Source: Takakia lepidozioides (taxonomy: Eukaryota > Plantae > Bryophyta). From it: a DNA stretch of 64,000 nucleotides. Numbering within the stretch: the first letter of the stretch is position 1; every line of letters starts with the position of its first letter. The notes below the pieces were generated by a model. The model saw nothing but the letters and a program-made list of their open reading frames with translations. It was not told the origin of the DNA and did not search any database. Made by a program: the position numbers and the translations under genes. The DNA is taken from NCBI GenBank assembly GCA_030704615.1, contig CM060734.1, forward strand, positions 29,450,001-29,514,000, given 5' to 3'. Of the stretch, positions 36,040-48,383 are shown one piece after another.

Positions 36040-39000
36040 TGTAAAGTAGGCCTATAGCGACGTCCCAGGAAGGATATTCGCTCCTTATTTTCTGAATGGC
36101 TCAGCATAACATATCAGACAAGACGTTTATGAGTGTATAGGAAACACAAAGTGCTTCCTTCAGCTACACATGGAGGAAAAGCTGAATTGCACGGGAAGTA
36201 ACACACCATTTACAAGTCCCCTCAGAGGGTTGCAGATTAGTGATCTTAAGCGCTAAAATGCAAGCTTTACATGCAGTCCTGCACTTGATCATTTGAAGAA
36301 AGGAATAGTGTCCATCTAATTTGGTTCAGTGGAACAACAACACAAGCCAATACTAACCTACGAAGCCTTTGTCAATCAATGCTCCTCTGTTGTAATCAGG
36401 GCACATAATGACTCTCTTAATAGCCCCCATCACCAATGAGAGCATAACGGGCGCATTCACCAAAAACACTGAGCCTCCCCGCCCTGTAGATGTGCACATG
36501 AATGTATCGAAACCTCTCATGAACTGGATAATAAAACCATATACAGTAGAAAGCAGGGCGGGCACCAGCAAAATAGGAAGAAGGGAATTACAACAACCAA
36601 CACATTTTAATACATCGTATTGTATGCCTTTCAAACCCAAAGACTTAAGGTATGCCCCGCAATTCTAAATGCTGACAACAAGACCTTTACAATCAAGAAA
36701 CTAATCAGCGCAAACTACAGAGATATTCACAAACTTGCATCTGTCTAGTAGAATGTATCGAAAATTACCAGCATAATCTCTGTTGAGGACTGTTCCAACA
36801 CGTTGCAAAATCTCCATGGGCGGCATACGCAACAGACCAAGGCCCCACAAATCCATGACTATGTTCATCTGCTTTACTCTGCCTTTGAACAAGTTTAGCT
36901 CTGCATACTCTATGTGTGAAACTGTGCACAGTACACAACCAAAATAAAATTTGGGATAGTCAGCAAGTAAAGAGGGAAGTTGTGAGCATTACACTCCCTT
37001 GAGTGGAGCCGTACAGGAAACGAGTCATTTCAGAGACTGCATCTCTCACAGAGAACCCACAAAAACTCGACTTCACCATCTCCTGCAATCTAACACGTAT
37101 GTACAAATGTTCCCTATCCCTCTGCCTTCATCCTTACTTCCTCCATTTGTCTGTCTCCATCTGTGTCTCTGTCACTCACAGTGTCTGTATGTCCATCCCT
37201 GCAGTTAACTGTGTCCATCCTCTCTGCACGAAGCTTATGGATCTAGGAAGGCTAAGCAGTTTGATCTGTTTTCAAACTCATTTCTCACCAATTATTGAAG
37301 CAAGGCTGCTGAGCTGCACAGCTGGTAAAATTTGTACAGCCTTTCCCAGAAGTATACACAAGGTGGGTCTCCCTTGTTTACAATGACCATGCCAAAACAC
37401 CAGTTCACTCCACGGGGCTGCTACAAGTTCTTCCAAAGGGAAGTACTGATGCATATGTCCATGCATATGTCGCCCCTGAGCAGGCAAACACCAGCCAAAC
37501 AGGCATTCATCAGTTGTGATAAAAACAAATTCTGTCAAAAGGTCACTCTAACGGACGCTGGAGGGAGACCGACAGTTGTGGAGCTGGACAAACTAAGATA
37601 TTTGTCCTACTAGGTCCACCATGAAAACCAACAACCTGATTCAATTGCAGGAAGACTAGTTCTGAGAGTTATATGGACGTACCTCACGGAGAGAAACACA
37701 GGTGGGATGATCAGCATGAGGACAAAATACTTCATGTTGAGGACCACCAGAACCTTCACTGTCAGATACAGGAGTGCTGGTAGCAAGATTCTCTGAACAG
37801 GACTCAAGCTCTTTGTTCTCAATGGCGTTGTTTATCTGCAAACCTAGAGGCTTTTGCAGGACAATGTCTGTAGCAGGCATGGCCTTCCTCAAAACTGGGC
37901 AGGTCCCACTATGGGCTTCATGGAAGACTTTCTCCTCTCCATCTGAAAAAGGGCTACTAGTCTGACGGCATTCCCCTGAAATTGTGGATCTGCTGTCTGT
38001 TCGCAGAGGGGTGCATTCTGAATCCAAAACTCCTCCTGGTGTCAGTTCTACAGCATTTGGATGAAAACTGGGTTGATACGACAGGTCACTGCATCAGACA
38101 AGTGGCACATCAACCAATGGATCTGTTAGCAAGCCCTTTAACCTCCCTCCAGCAAGAGACATAGCCTTGTCATTGCTGCACAAGAAGCAAATTGGTTCAG
38201 CCACACGAACTCCTGATGCTGAAAAATAGTAAAAGGTGTGACAGGAGGGATGTGCATACCAGTTGCTAGTGCCTGCTGATGAACTGTTCTTAGTCAAGAG
38301 CTCAGACTCCAGAGATTGGAAGGGAATGAGTGGAGTGGCAGCTCTATTCTCACATGTGGCATCCTCACGTTCAACATTTTTACTACCACTGAAGTAAAGT
38401 TCATCATATTGGGAACCACCCACTGCTTTGCTAGGAAGCTGATCCATCTCCTTGAGTTCACTTGCACATGGCACATCTGAATCAAAACTGACTTGCTCCT
38501 TATTTCCCACTTCCTTGAGCAGAGTAATCACCGAGCTCTCCAACGAGGTTGCTTCCTGTATGAGTGAATCTTCCACCACCTCAAAATCTCCTTCCACCTC
38601 CCGCTTAGTTTCACAAGGTGTGTTCGGAGGCAAGTTGACGTGAACACTTCCTGGAAAATGCCATGTGCTGAATGAAATGGATATTTCTTCATCTTGTTGT
38701 CGAAAGGAGATAGAGTTCAATATTGCATCCGTAGAGTTGGATGTCTGAGCGATATCTTCACTGATTGGTTCAGCTGAAGTGCACTCTGATGCGTCACCAT
38801 GCTGTTCAGCAGTATGGAGTCCGACATTAGTCTTTTCCACATCACTGGCTACGGCTACCTCATGATCTCTTCTCACCTCGCACTCAGCTTCACTTGCTGT
38901 AATTGAAGAGAACCCCAGCGTGGCAACCTCAGGGAAATGCTCTGCCGCAAATGGAGTGTATTCCTCCACATCCTGTTGCATGGAGGAGATTGAACACTTC

Positions 39001-41092
39001 AACCTCTTCAACTTCTCATCAGTGGAATTAGACAAATGACTGAGAACTTCACTGATTGCTTCAGCTGAATTGCATTCTGCTGTATCACCCTGCTGCTCAG
39101 AATGAGCCGATCCAATTTTTGTCTCTTCGCAACTACTGGGTATGGCTCCCTCAAGACCTCTTATAACCTCACACTCAGCTTCATTTGCAGTATTTGCAGA
39201 GGACCCCAGCTCAGCTACCTGAGGGATATGCTCCAGCGAAAATGGAATGGACTTTTCTGCATCCGGTTGTATGGAGGAGATTGAACAATTCGCCCTCTCA
39301 TCAGTTGATTTCGTTATCTGCCTCATGTCTTCACTGATTTGTTCAGCTGCATTGCACTCCACTGCATCACCTCTCTGCTCACATACATCTAACATTCCAA
39401 TCATTGCCTCTTTCCAACTGCAGGGTATCCCTATCTAGAATCATCTCACACGCAAATTCAGCTGCATAATTCGCAGGTTAAATCAGCTCAACTTCCTTTG
39501 GGGCATGCTCTGAGGTAAAAGAGATCAACAATTTTGCATCCTGTTGACTGCAAGAGCTTGAGCTAGTCGTCCTCTAAACAGAAATATAAACTGAATGTTG
39601 ATATCTTCACCAGATGGATGAGCTGCATCACATTCAACTGCCTATCCTATCTACTCACATGCAGTCTTCCAGTTACGGAATGAGCCTACCTCTCAATATA
39701 TCCTTTCCCCTCACACTCAGCTTCACTTGCTCTACCAGAAATACAACCTCAATGCCATGTAAGCAATGCTCTGAAACAAAAGAATTAACCGTAGATTCCA
39801 CTGCTGCCACTGTAAACTCCAAACTCTTATCAATAGCATCTGTCATTCTTTCTTTCATCACATTGAGCTTTCTCGCACTCACATGCATTATCATTTCAAT
39901 AATTTCCATCCAATTCTGGGGCATGCCGACCTTGGACTTGTTGGGACTCTTCTTACGCTTGTACACAGCCAGTATAACAACTCATACCTTGTAATTTACC
40001 CTGAGCAATCCTTGAATTAGCAGCTGTATGCTCTTGTTCCCTGCCTACTTCAGACTTTTCATCCCCTTCCATGAATGCAAAATCATAGGTCTTTCCATTT
40101 GATTTCATGAGGCATTTGCCACAACTCACCCCTTGACGTTGATTCCTAGCAATCGTTAGGTCAACAACTGAGCGCCCTTGTTGCTTGCCCCGCATTTCCA
40201 TAATAAGGAGTAGCACTTGTGCTGCAACGAAAGAATTCGACATGGAGGCACAAAACCTACTCGAGAGTGCAACAGCAATCTTCATGGATAGCTGCCACCG
40301 ACTGCTACCCCGCAAAGGTGGATTTTCCACGGCCATCTGGCTGTCAAGAGGTAGACGTAGCCACGGCAAAACGACCAACTCAACCAATGGCCAGTTCATG
40401 TTTGGAGGTATCATCTTCAATCCAGCTGCACCAGCTATACTGCTAAGGAGAGTTTTACGCCACCTCCCTCGCTGATGTATATCACTCTTCCTACCCTTGG
40501 CGGAGTATTTGGGACCTCGTGAAGCCCTTATTCCAAGATGAGTATGGACAGGCTCAGTGCGATCACTGGACAAGCGCAGCATAGGATTCTCAATTGTTTT
40601 CTTTTGAATGCCACGACACTGTGCTCCACTCTGGCTGGGCCAATCTCCAGCTTGGCCTGAAACTCCCTTGAATACCTTACAGGACACAACGTTTGTGACC
40701 GATTCCTTCTGGCTACAGTCTTCATCCTCTAAGACGCCATCCCCTTTCGAAGCCTGCAATTTTCTTCTTGTTGTGTCCAAACTGCCTGGAAGTTGTTGCA
40801 ACCTCGCAAAAAATGAAAATACATTCTCTGTTACCGAGCGTGGCCCCTTTGACAGAAAACTGCAATCCCATCTCCTGAAAATAATTTTCTTCTCCTTCAC
40901 GACACGTTGTTTGGAATACGCCAGTGTATCGCTAGAGCGAATCTGATGGACCTTCCACAACAGCTTCTCTGGTCTTCTCTTGTGCCACTTCAACTCCTCT
41001 GTGATTCCTAGCTCCTCTACATCAGGCGAGAGCTCGTCAAGTTCCCCCGCTACAAATATTTCCTGCTGCTGCCGACCGAGATCCCGTTCCAT
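36040..41092 (-). CDS. Large multi-exon SEC14/CRAL-TRIO domain gene with acidic repeat region; possibly partly pseudogenised
   Basis: EELVAAPWSELVFWHG..GRPTLCILLG, VMDLWGLGLLRMPPMEILQRV..LNRDY, FLVNAPVML, ERISFLG. Upstream ORFs 38094..39404 and 39953..41092 are on the same strand. Boundaries uncertain. Confidence 0.7.
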
Positions 41093-42107
41093 CCCCAGTG
41101 CAGATCAAATGCAACCAAGAACACAAATAAACTCCCGTAGATCCTCCTCACCAGCTTGCCAAGCTGCAGCACATCAACGTCCCCTCCATCTCTATCGATT
41201 CAGGCAAACGAATGTGCAATGTCAGCCACCTCCAGAGCCACCGACAGTTCCCACAATGCATCACATACGACCGATCTGCACTGAAAACCAGAGCGATCGC
41301 GAGTGCACTGCTGCCACCTCGTGGAACCTCCAGCTCCAGGCACATCCAAGACGAAGCAAGAAAATGCAGCCATGGTTGCAAAGGTACATGCTCAGATGTA
41401 GATCCGGAATATACCGGCCCGCACGAGCTACGATGGTGTGATCAGACGCAGAGCCAGCGTCGCTGCGAGGCCCTCCTCGCTCGCCTGCACGCCACTTCCG
41501 CTTCCATGGCGGCCCCACGCCCCGCTCTCCCGCTCGTATCCTACTCTACCTGCCCCAATGACAAACACACCACCTCCGACGAATTTTGCTCATCCATCGG
41601 CCACCGCTATTCTCGTGGCGTTTCCGGATCGCCGTCTTGGGATCCAATTATTAATTCTCATTCATCCGTGTATTCTCCGTCCAAATGTTGCAGAATGCCG
41701 TGGTCTGTTCCACTAGACGTCCTCTCAGTCAGAACGAGCCCCCACTACCTGGCAGAAAGAGTCAAACAAATTCTCCCAGTATTATTCCGATGCCGCAAAT
41801 GCTCTGCCCCTTCTCTGGACGCGTGTTACGATATGTGGGCCATCCCCATTCCAGGCTGGGTTGTTCCATTCCCAAGGAAGGCATATGCCGGAACATGCTG
41901 CCTACCCCGTGCAACACTGCCAGCTCGACATCTTATGGATGAAACTCTAGTACACACTCTTATGAATGACTACATACATCCGAATGTTTTTATCTGTTCT
42001 AACTTCAGATTAAAATAAATAATAAAAATAGAACAAAATAGCGTGCACCGTAGTGCACCCCCAAGGAAACACACGCCGAGGGGTGGGGTTGCTTGTCGTG
42101 TGTTGTA

Positions 42108-42144
<37 letters not shown>

Positions 42145-43224
42145 CATACCTTCCACCTCCGCAGCTCCAAGGATCGATGAGCAGAAACAAAAGGCTGTCG
42201 CTTGAGGACTGTACCGCGGAAAACGTAAGGAGAACGCTCGGATTTTGGCGTTTTTCTTGAAGTAATCTGCACTGTTTCTGAGGCTAAAAATAGTCCAGTG
42301 TGTTTTCTGATCTGTGAGCTTTCGACGCCTCCTAGGCAAGGATGGCATCATTTGCATCAAAGGCTCCGACTCCTGCGTGAACTGGTGCTGTCGGATGCGA
42401 TCTTCCCTGACTCTTGCTGAAGGGGACTGAGGATGTGGATGGCATAGCAAAATTGAAAGACAAGGGGTGGGGCCTGCAGACTGATGGCCAAATGGCACAG
42501 GAAGGAAGGAGACGTTGGTAGACCAGTCAAAGCAGCAGGCTCCTTGTCAGGCTGGCACGTGATTCCGATTTCATTGTAACTGGATGGGGTCCACCATCTT
42601 CGCCTCTCGATGTGGCACGGTCACCGGAGTCTCCTCTTCTCCCGGGAAGACACTTCTCTAATAATAAGTTAGCTTAGCTTAGGTGTAGGAAGGGCCTCGG
42701 TGGGAAAGGTCGGTTGGACAAGAGTTCAAAATACGGAGAGTCCTCACAGCAGCTACAGTGCTTAACTCTAACGTTTCTTTCTTTCCTCTCTTACGTTGCT
42801 AGGCATGACGAGCAAAGACGACAACGGCTGAGGGAAATTTCTGACTGATAACGTTTGGACCTTTTATAGAACCCCAAAGTTTGAGTCGCCACTCAACTCT
42901 GTTAAGAGCTCTGGCTGCCAGTAGGTCAGAAATTGACAGCGAATTTTTCCAGCACCAGCAATGTTTACAGATTTTTCCCTCGCCTGTTTCTGCGTATCTT
43001 GAACCCATGCTGTTGGGTGTTTCTGAGGAAGCCCTGAATTCATCTTTTCTCTCTCTTATTGGCTGGCGAATTAGGTATGTATTGGCCGAAGCTTCCTCAA
43101 CAGTTTTCAAGTGCAGGTGTTTCATCATAAATTCTGCATATCAGCCAAAGGGATATTGAAGATCCGCTGCGTTCGCAACTGCTTCGGAGAGTTGATAACT
43201 ATCATTTGCACCTATCTTTCTCTC

Positions 43225-44758
43225 ATGGCTTCCTCGAATTCCCCACCACAATTCTCTTCTTCGTCTTCCTCCTCTTCAGATTCACTTCGCAAGCAAAGTG
43301 ACACAGCCATCCCACCCTACTTTAAGGCAGTTTCCGGGTCGATGGGGGGCTTAGTTGAAGCTTGCTGCTTGCAGCCTATCGACGTAATCAAAACGCGGTT
43401 GCAGTTAGATCATCATAAGAATTACAGGGGAATCTGGCACTGCGGATCAACAATTGTGGAGAGGGAGGGCGTGCGGGCTCTGTGGAAAGGCTTAACCCCT
43501 TTTGCAACACATTTGACATTGAAATACACCTTACGAATGGGCTCTAATGCCATGTTCCAATCAGCATTGACGGATTCAAAGACAGGGAAGCTAAGTTCCG
43601 GCGGTCGTCTCGCTGCAGGCTTTGGTGCTGGAGTTCTGGAAGCTCTCGCTATCGTTACCCCGTTCGAGGTATTGGCTGGGCTCTTTCTCTGTTACAATCG
43701 GTATTGTCTCCAATCTCGAGTCTTGGGTTTTAAGGAAAGAGAGAGAGATAGGAACTCATGCCGCCCAATGAACTTATGAGACGACAGAGAGAGACATGCT
43801 GCGTTTTGAGGGGTTTTAGAAAGATTTGTTCCCAAAGACTCAAGGAGGGAGGGTTGTTTGTGAGGCGCAGGTGGGGTACCTGTGCGAGAGAGGGAGGAAG
43901 GGGGAAAGGATTGTGCGGAGCCATCTGTAGGTATGCGAGCCAGACTGGTAGAACTGTTTGTAGGGTTACGTCCACAGATCTTACAGACATGTATCTCAGC
44001 AGGAAGAAGATTAAAATATTGCAATTGAGATCACCATTGTACTTATGAAAATGCCATTTAGGGCTGAATCCATCATCTGAAAGGCTTATCGGAAATCTGG
44101 CGAACCTCTAGGGTTAAGTCACAAATGAGAGACCAGTCAAGCACAGAAGGAATGGAGAGAGAGAGAAAGACAGTTTCATAAAGTTAACAAGCACAGGACC
44201 CAAGGCCACAGAACATGGAGAGAGAGAATTACTGTACGGCAGCAGCAAAAAGGGGTAGGTCGAGAGTTTTTGAGGTACAAGGGACCTGTGCACTGTGCCC
44301 ATACCATCATCCGAGAGGAAGGTATTCTGGGACTATGGGCTGGGGCTGCTCCGACTGTGATGCGGAATGGAACAAATCAGGCTGTAATGTTCACAGCAAA
44401 GAATGCCTGTGATTCTCTTCTATGGAAGAAGAACGAGGGCGATGGCCGCACTCTTCAGCCTTGGCAATCTATGATTTCTGGGTTCTTAGCAGGAACCGCT
44501 GGACCTATTGCAACTGGCCCATTTGATGTTGTCAAAACAAGGTTGATGGCCCAGACAGGGGAGATTCGTTACAATGGAATGGTGCATGCCCTGCAACGAA
44601 TTTTTACTGAGGAAGGGCTTTTCGCGCTTTGGAAGGGGTTGCTGCCACGTTTGATGCGAATCCCCCCTGGGCAAGCAATCATGTGGGCTGTAGCAGACCA
44701 GCTCACTGGGCTTTATGAACGCAAGTTCTTAAGGCCAGTTGTAAACGCAAATGCTTGA
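43225..44758 (+). CDS. SFC1: Mitochondrial succinate-fumarate carrier; exons 43225-43668 and ~44243-44758
   Basis: IPPYFKAVSGSMGGLVEACCLQPIDVIKTRLQLD, KGLTPFATHLTLKYTLRMG, GAAPTVMRNGTNQAVMF, PFDVVKTRLMAQ, KGLLPRLMRIPPGQAIMW. Confidence 0.9.
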
Positions 44759-44879
44759 GGCCAGTAGTAGCACGAAGAGAACCGGATCTCTAATCCATAA
44801 ATTGTTGTTTGGCCATATTGGACAGAGGTGAACCAACCTAGGATATAGGGAAGAGTGTTTTTGATCAAACTCACTCAAA

Positions 44880-45110
44880 GAGTTGAACTTATCTTTGTAG
44901 GTTAGATTAGTTATTTCCAAACGTTTCAGAAAGAGTTCAACAGAGCAGTTGCGATGCAGACGGGGACTCAGCTTCAGGCAAGACGGACGGTGAGTTGAAC
45001 TTATCTTTGTAGGTTAGATTAGTTATTTCCCTCCAAACGTTTCAGAAAGAGTTCAACAGAGCATCTCCACTGCGATGCAGACGGGGACAGCTTCAGGCAA
45101 GACGGACGGT
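44880..45110. repeat. Two-copy ~115-bp tandem duplication
   Basis: gagttgaacttatctttgtagg...caggcaagacggacggt twice; (GA)n at 45165-45199. Confidence 0.9.
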
Positions 45111-45162
45111 GAGAGAGAGAGAAAATGTATTCATGCTGTTCCCTGCAAACATCCATACGGCC

Positions 45163-45202
<40 letters not shown>

Positions 45203-46959
45203 TCCATCAAGGTTCTAGGAAACTTTTGCTATGATGCACTCCTAGGGGCATCAATGGGAAAACTGAATCCCACAGAGCTGCATGTACATTTCACAAGCAT
45301 CCAACTATTGAAACCATCTGGGAATTTCCATCCCTCAAGCACTGGCATGTCAACCCATTCACAGGTTGATTGGTGTTAATTTTAGGTGCTGCCATGACAG
45401 TAAGAAAAGAAAAGGTCAAGTTTCAGTGCCTTGGGTGCCCCAGTCATTAAGCAGAAGGATGGCAACCAACACAGGAACAGCAGAGGAAGGAATTTGTACC
45501 ATCCCTTGTAAATGCAATATTCTATAACTTCCAGGGAAGGTTTGTTGCATTATTGAGATACTAAGATTGTATTACAGGACCAAGCACAATTACATCTCTG
45601 TTTTATGGCGTGGCAATCTGATCTATGAAGCACTCCAATAAACCTGAATCGATAATCAGATGATCTCTGCAATGCTTCATTGCGAAGTACTTGAAACACC
45701 TGGTTGAGAACTAGAGTAATACCAATATATGAGGATGTATTGGTCAGAAGCTAGCACCTTGACTTAGTCACAACACTCGGTCATCTCTGACCAGTGCATA
45801 TGCTTCTGTGTTGAGTGCACATACCAACCAAAGAACTTCAGTTGGACCTCTTGTTATTAGTATGGGTCTAGAGGGGGACAGAGGTGCCCAAGGCGCTAGG
45901 AGAGGAAAAAAATTGGAAAGGGAGAGAGCTCCAGATATTTGTCTAGGTTTGCGTGTTCTTGTGAAACTCTTCAGGTGGAGCATATGACTGATAAGGAAGG
46001 TAAACTGCAGTCAAAGAAGTGGTTTTGAAAGATCATCAGAAAGTATTCTCCATACAGACTACAGTACTTATAAGGTACTCACTACTCACTCATTACATCT
46101 CTTCAAAGTCTGTGGTTAAAACTGAAACTCGGTTGACTTGCTCAGGTGTGATTTGGTATCCCACTTCCAAACCAGCCTCTTGAGGTTCGTCAATTGCCTT
46201 TTGGTATGCCAATGTATAGGGAGCAAGAGAGGGTGTAAAATCTGAGTCACATTAGAGTTGAAGTCAGGACATATGTGGTTCAGTGGTTGGTGGCAGGACT
46301 AGGATAACAGCCAAAAATGCCACAAAGAAACTGAACAAAGGTATCTTTTAAAATCAGACAACATCTGCGGATGGGGTTGATGGAAATGTCAAGGAAATTG
46401 ACAGCTTCTGAGACTGGGGAAAGGAATTGTAAAACACTTCTCCCACCATTTTCCATAGGCAATGCTATGCACTTGTGGTTTGGTGTAGGCTTGAGTATTG
46501 CATCTGAAGGAAAGACTGCAAATTCTTCAGGCAGTTGGCTCAAGTGTCGAGGAATTCAGTTGGTTGTAGGGGGATGCTGTCTGCTTGCAACTCTGTACGT
46601 CAAAAGAGGATGGTTTGATATCAGGAAACACCTCACAGCTATCTGAGATTGGAGGGAACGAAGAAAAATTCAAGCCAGCATTGAAAGCATGAAAGGTTTG
46701 CTCCGATGCTGGCTTACTCTATTGGAGAAGTGCAAAGCTCTGCCTCATTAGGGCTCACCAAACTCATTTGCAGGTCACTTGTTCTATTTATCCATGAGTA
46801 ATCTATGTGGTATGTGGTTACTACTGTGCACTTGTCCCATGCAAAATACAACTTTGTTCATTTCTGCCCCAGTGCTGTTGTGTCCCTGTCTCCTGGTGGG
46901 AAAAGAATTTGGAACCATTACAGTCATCTTTTCTCGAAACAATGCTTGGCGCCAGGAGC

Positions 46960-47808
46960 ACAACTCCCAGATCCTAGGTGCAGAGTTCGCATGTGTACCA
47001 TTGCAATCCGAGGCCCTCTTCAGGCTTACAATCTTTCTCCATAGATTGCAGGCCCTTCCACCCAAAGGGCTAGTGGCTAGGGCCCTCACAACATCTATGA
47101 GGCTCAAAGCTGCAGGTTTCAGGAACTCCTGGTATGCTCGAGTGGACAGTTTATTTCAACGTAACGGACTTTCTACTGCTTTCCTATTACCAATGAACCC
47201 AGATGAGGTGGACATCACATCCAGACATGACCGCAACAGACTCATTCGGAGAGAGCTTATGGAATTACATGTCAAGAGAACTTGGATGCTACCCAATCTC
47301 ACGACAAAGCTCCACTCCTATCGAGAGACATTCTTGGTGCTCCGCGATGATAGAATCTTGAGACCAAATTACCTTTCAGCACCCTTATCTCCTTCCCTCT
47401 TGAGGGCATTGGGGCGGTTCAGGGTGGGTTCCCACAACCTACGGATAGAGACTGGCAGATGGGAAAACCTGCAACGGGAGGACCGCCTATGTCCAGCTTG
47501 CATAGGGCGCAACAAGGAAATTGAAACTGAAGAACACTTCTTCTTCTACTGCCCTCTATACTACGAGATCCGTGGGAGATTCCACTGTTTATTCAGTGGA
47601 ACCCAAACTCTCACTGATGTCTTTCACTATGAGGATCAAAAATGCTTGGCAGCCTACCTACACGAGGCCTTCACCCTTAGACAATCGCTAGAACTTTAAT
47701 TGTGGTTTCTGGATTTGTTCCTCTCTCATGTTTTCTTCCATTTTGTCCCATAAGCTCTACGAGCTTTCCGCGGACGTTATAAAGCACCATTTCATTTCAT
47801 TTCATTTC
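46960..47808 (+). mobile_element. 5'-truncated RTEX-like LINE 3' end
   Basis: RFRVGSHNLRIETGRW..R.C..C..IETEEHFFFYCPLY..IR C-terminal domain; 3' UTR ending ggacgttataaagcacc(atttc)n. Confidence 0.8.
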
Positions 47809-48383
47809 TCTCTGCCTCTCTCTCTCTTTATATCTGGCTTGTTGCAGCTGTATTCCCCTGCACTTATGGTAGCACTCTTTATGTTAATTCAAGGTGAATG
47901 GACCTGTTTCATTTTTCGGGTATAATGTTCAGTGGTACAACTATGACAGAGTTAGAGCAGATTCTAACTTGCTTCACCTGAGGGACTTGGTTTGGAAGGC
48001 TAAGAATTGCGCCAGGCCCCAAATTCAACCAACTTAGATCATTTCAAGTGTAACATGTACTGCTAACCATGAGGAAAGGTGCATTGCAAGTAGCATGAAA
48101 AGGTAGCATATACATACAGTGCAGAAACAAGTCCTTGATGTACTCATGCAAAATTTCTCGTGGTTGAAAGAGGATTGGATGTCAAATACATGAATGGCAG
48201 AGTCAGAGTCTTCTTCTAGCTTGTGTTGAGACAAGAATGTTTGCCAGAATCACAGGCACATCGCTGATTGAGTTACGAATTCAATCTATTACCATCTGCA
48301 CTATGTTTTCATACAGTACACTAAATGTAGGGGCGATATTTTGAGTCTCACTTTTATAGCAGGCAGGCAGTGAACAAAAACAA

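Noticed and set aside
41212-42018. 268-aa plus-strand ORF
   Set aside because: No recognisable motifs; GC-rich region antisense to the 5' end of the CRAL-TRIO gene.
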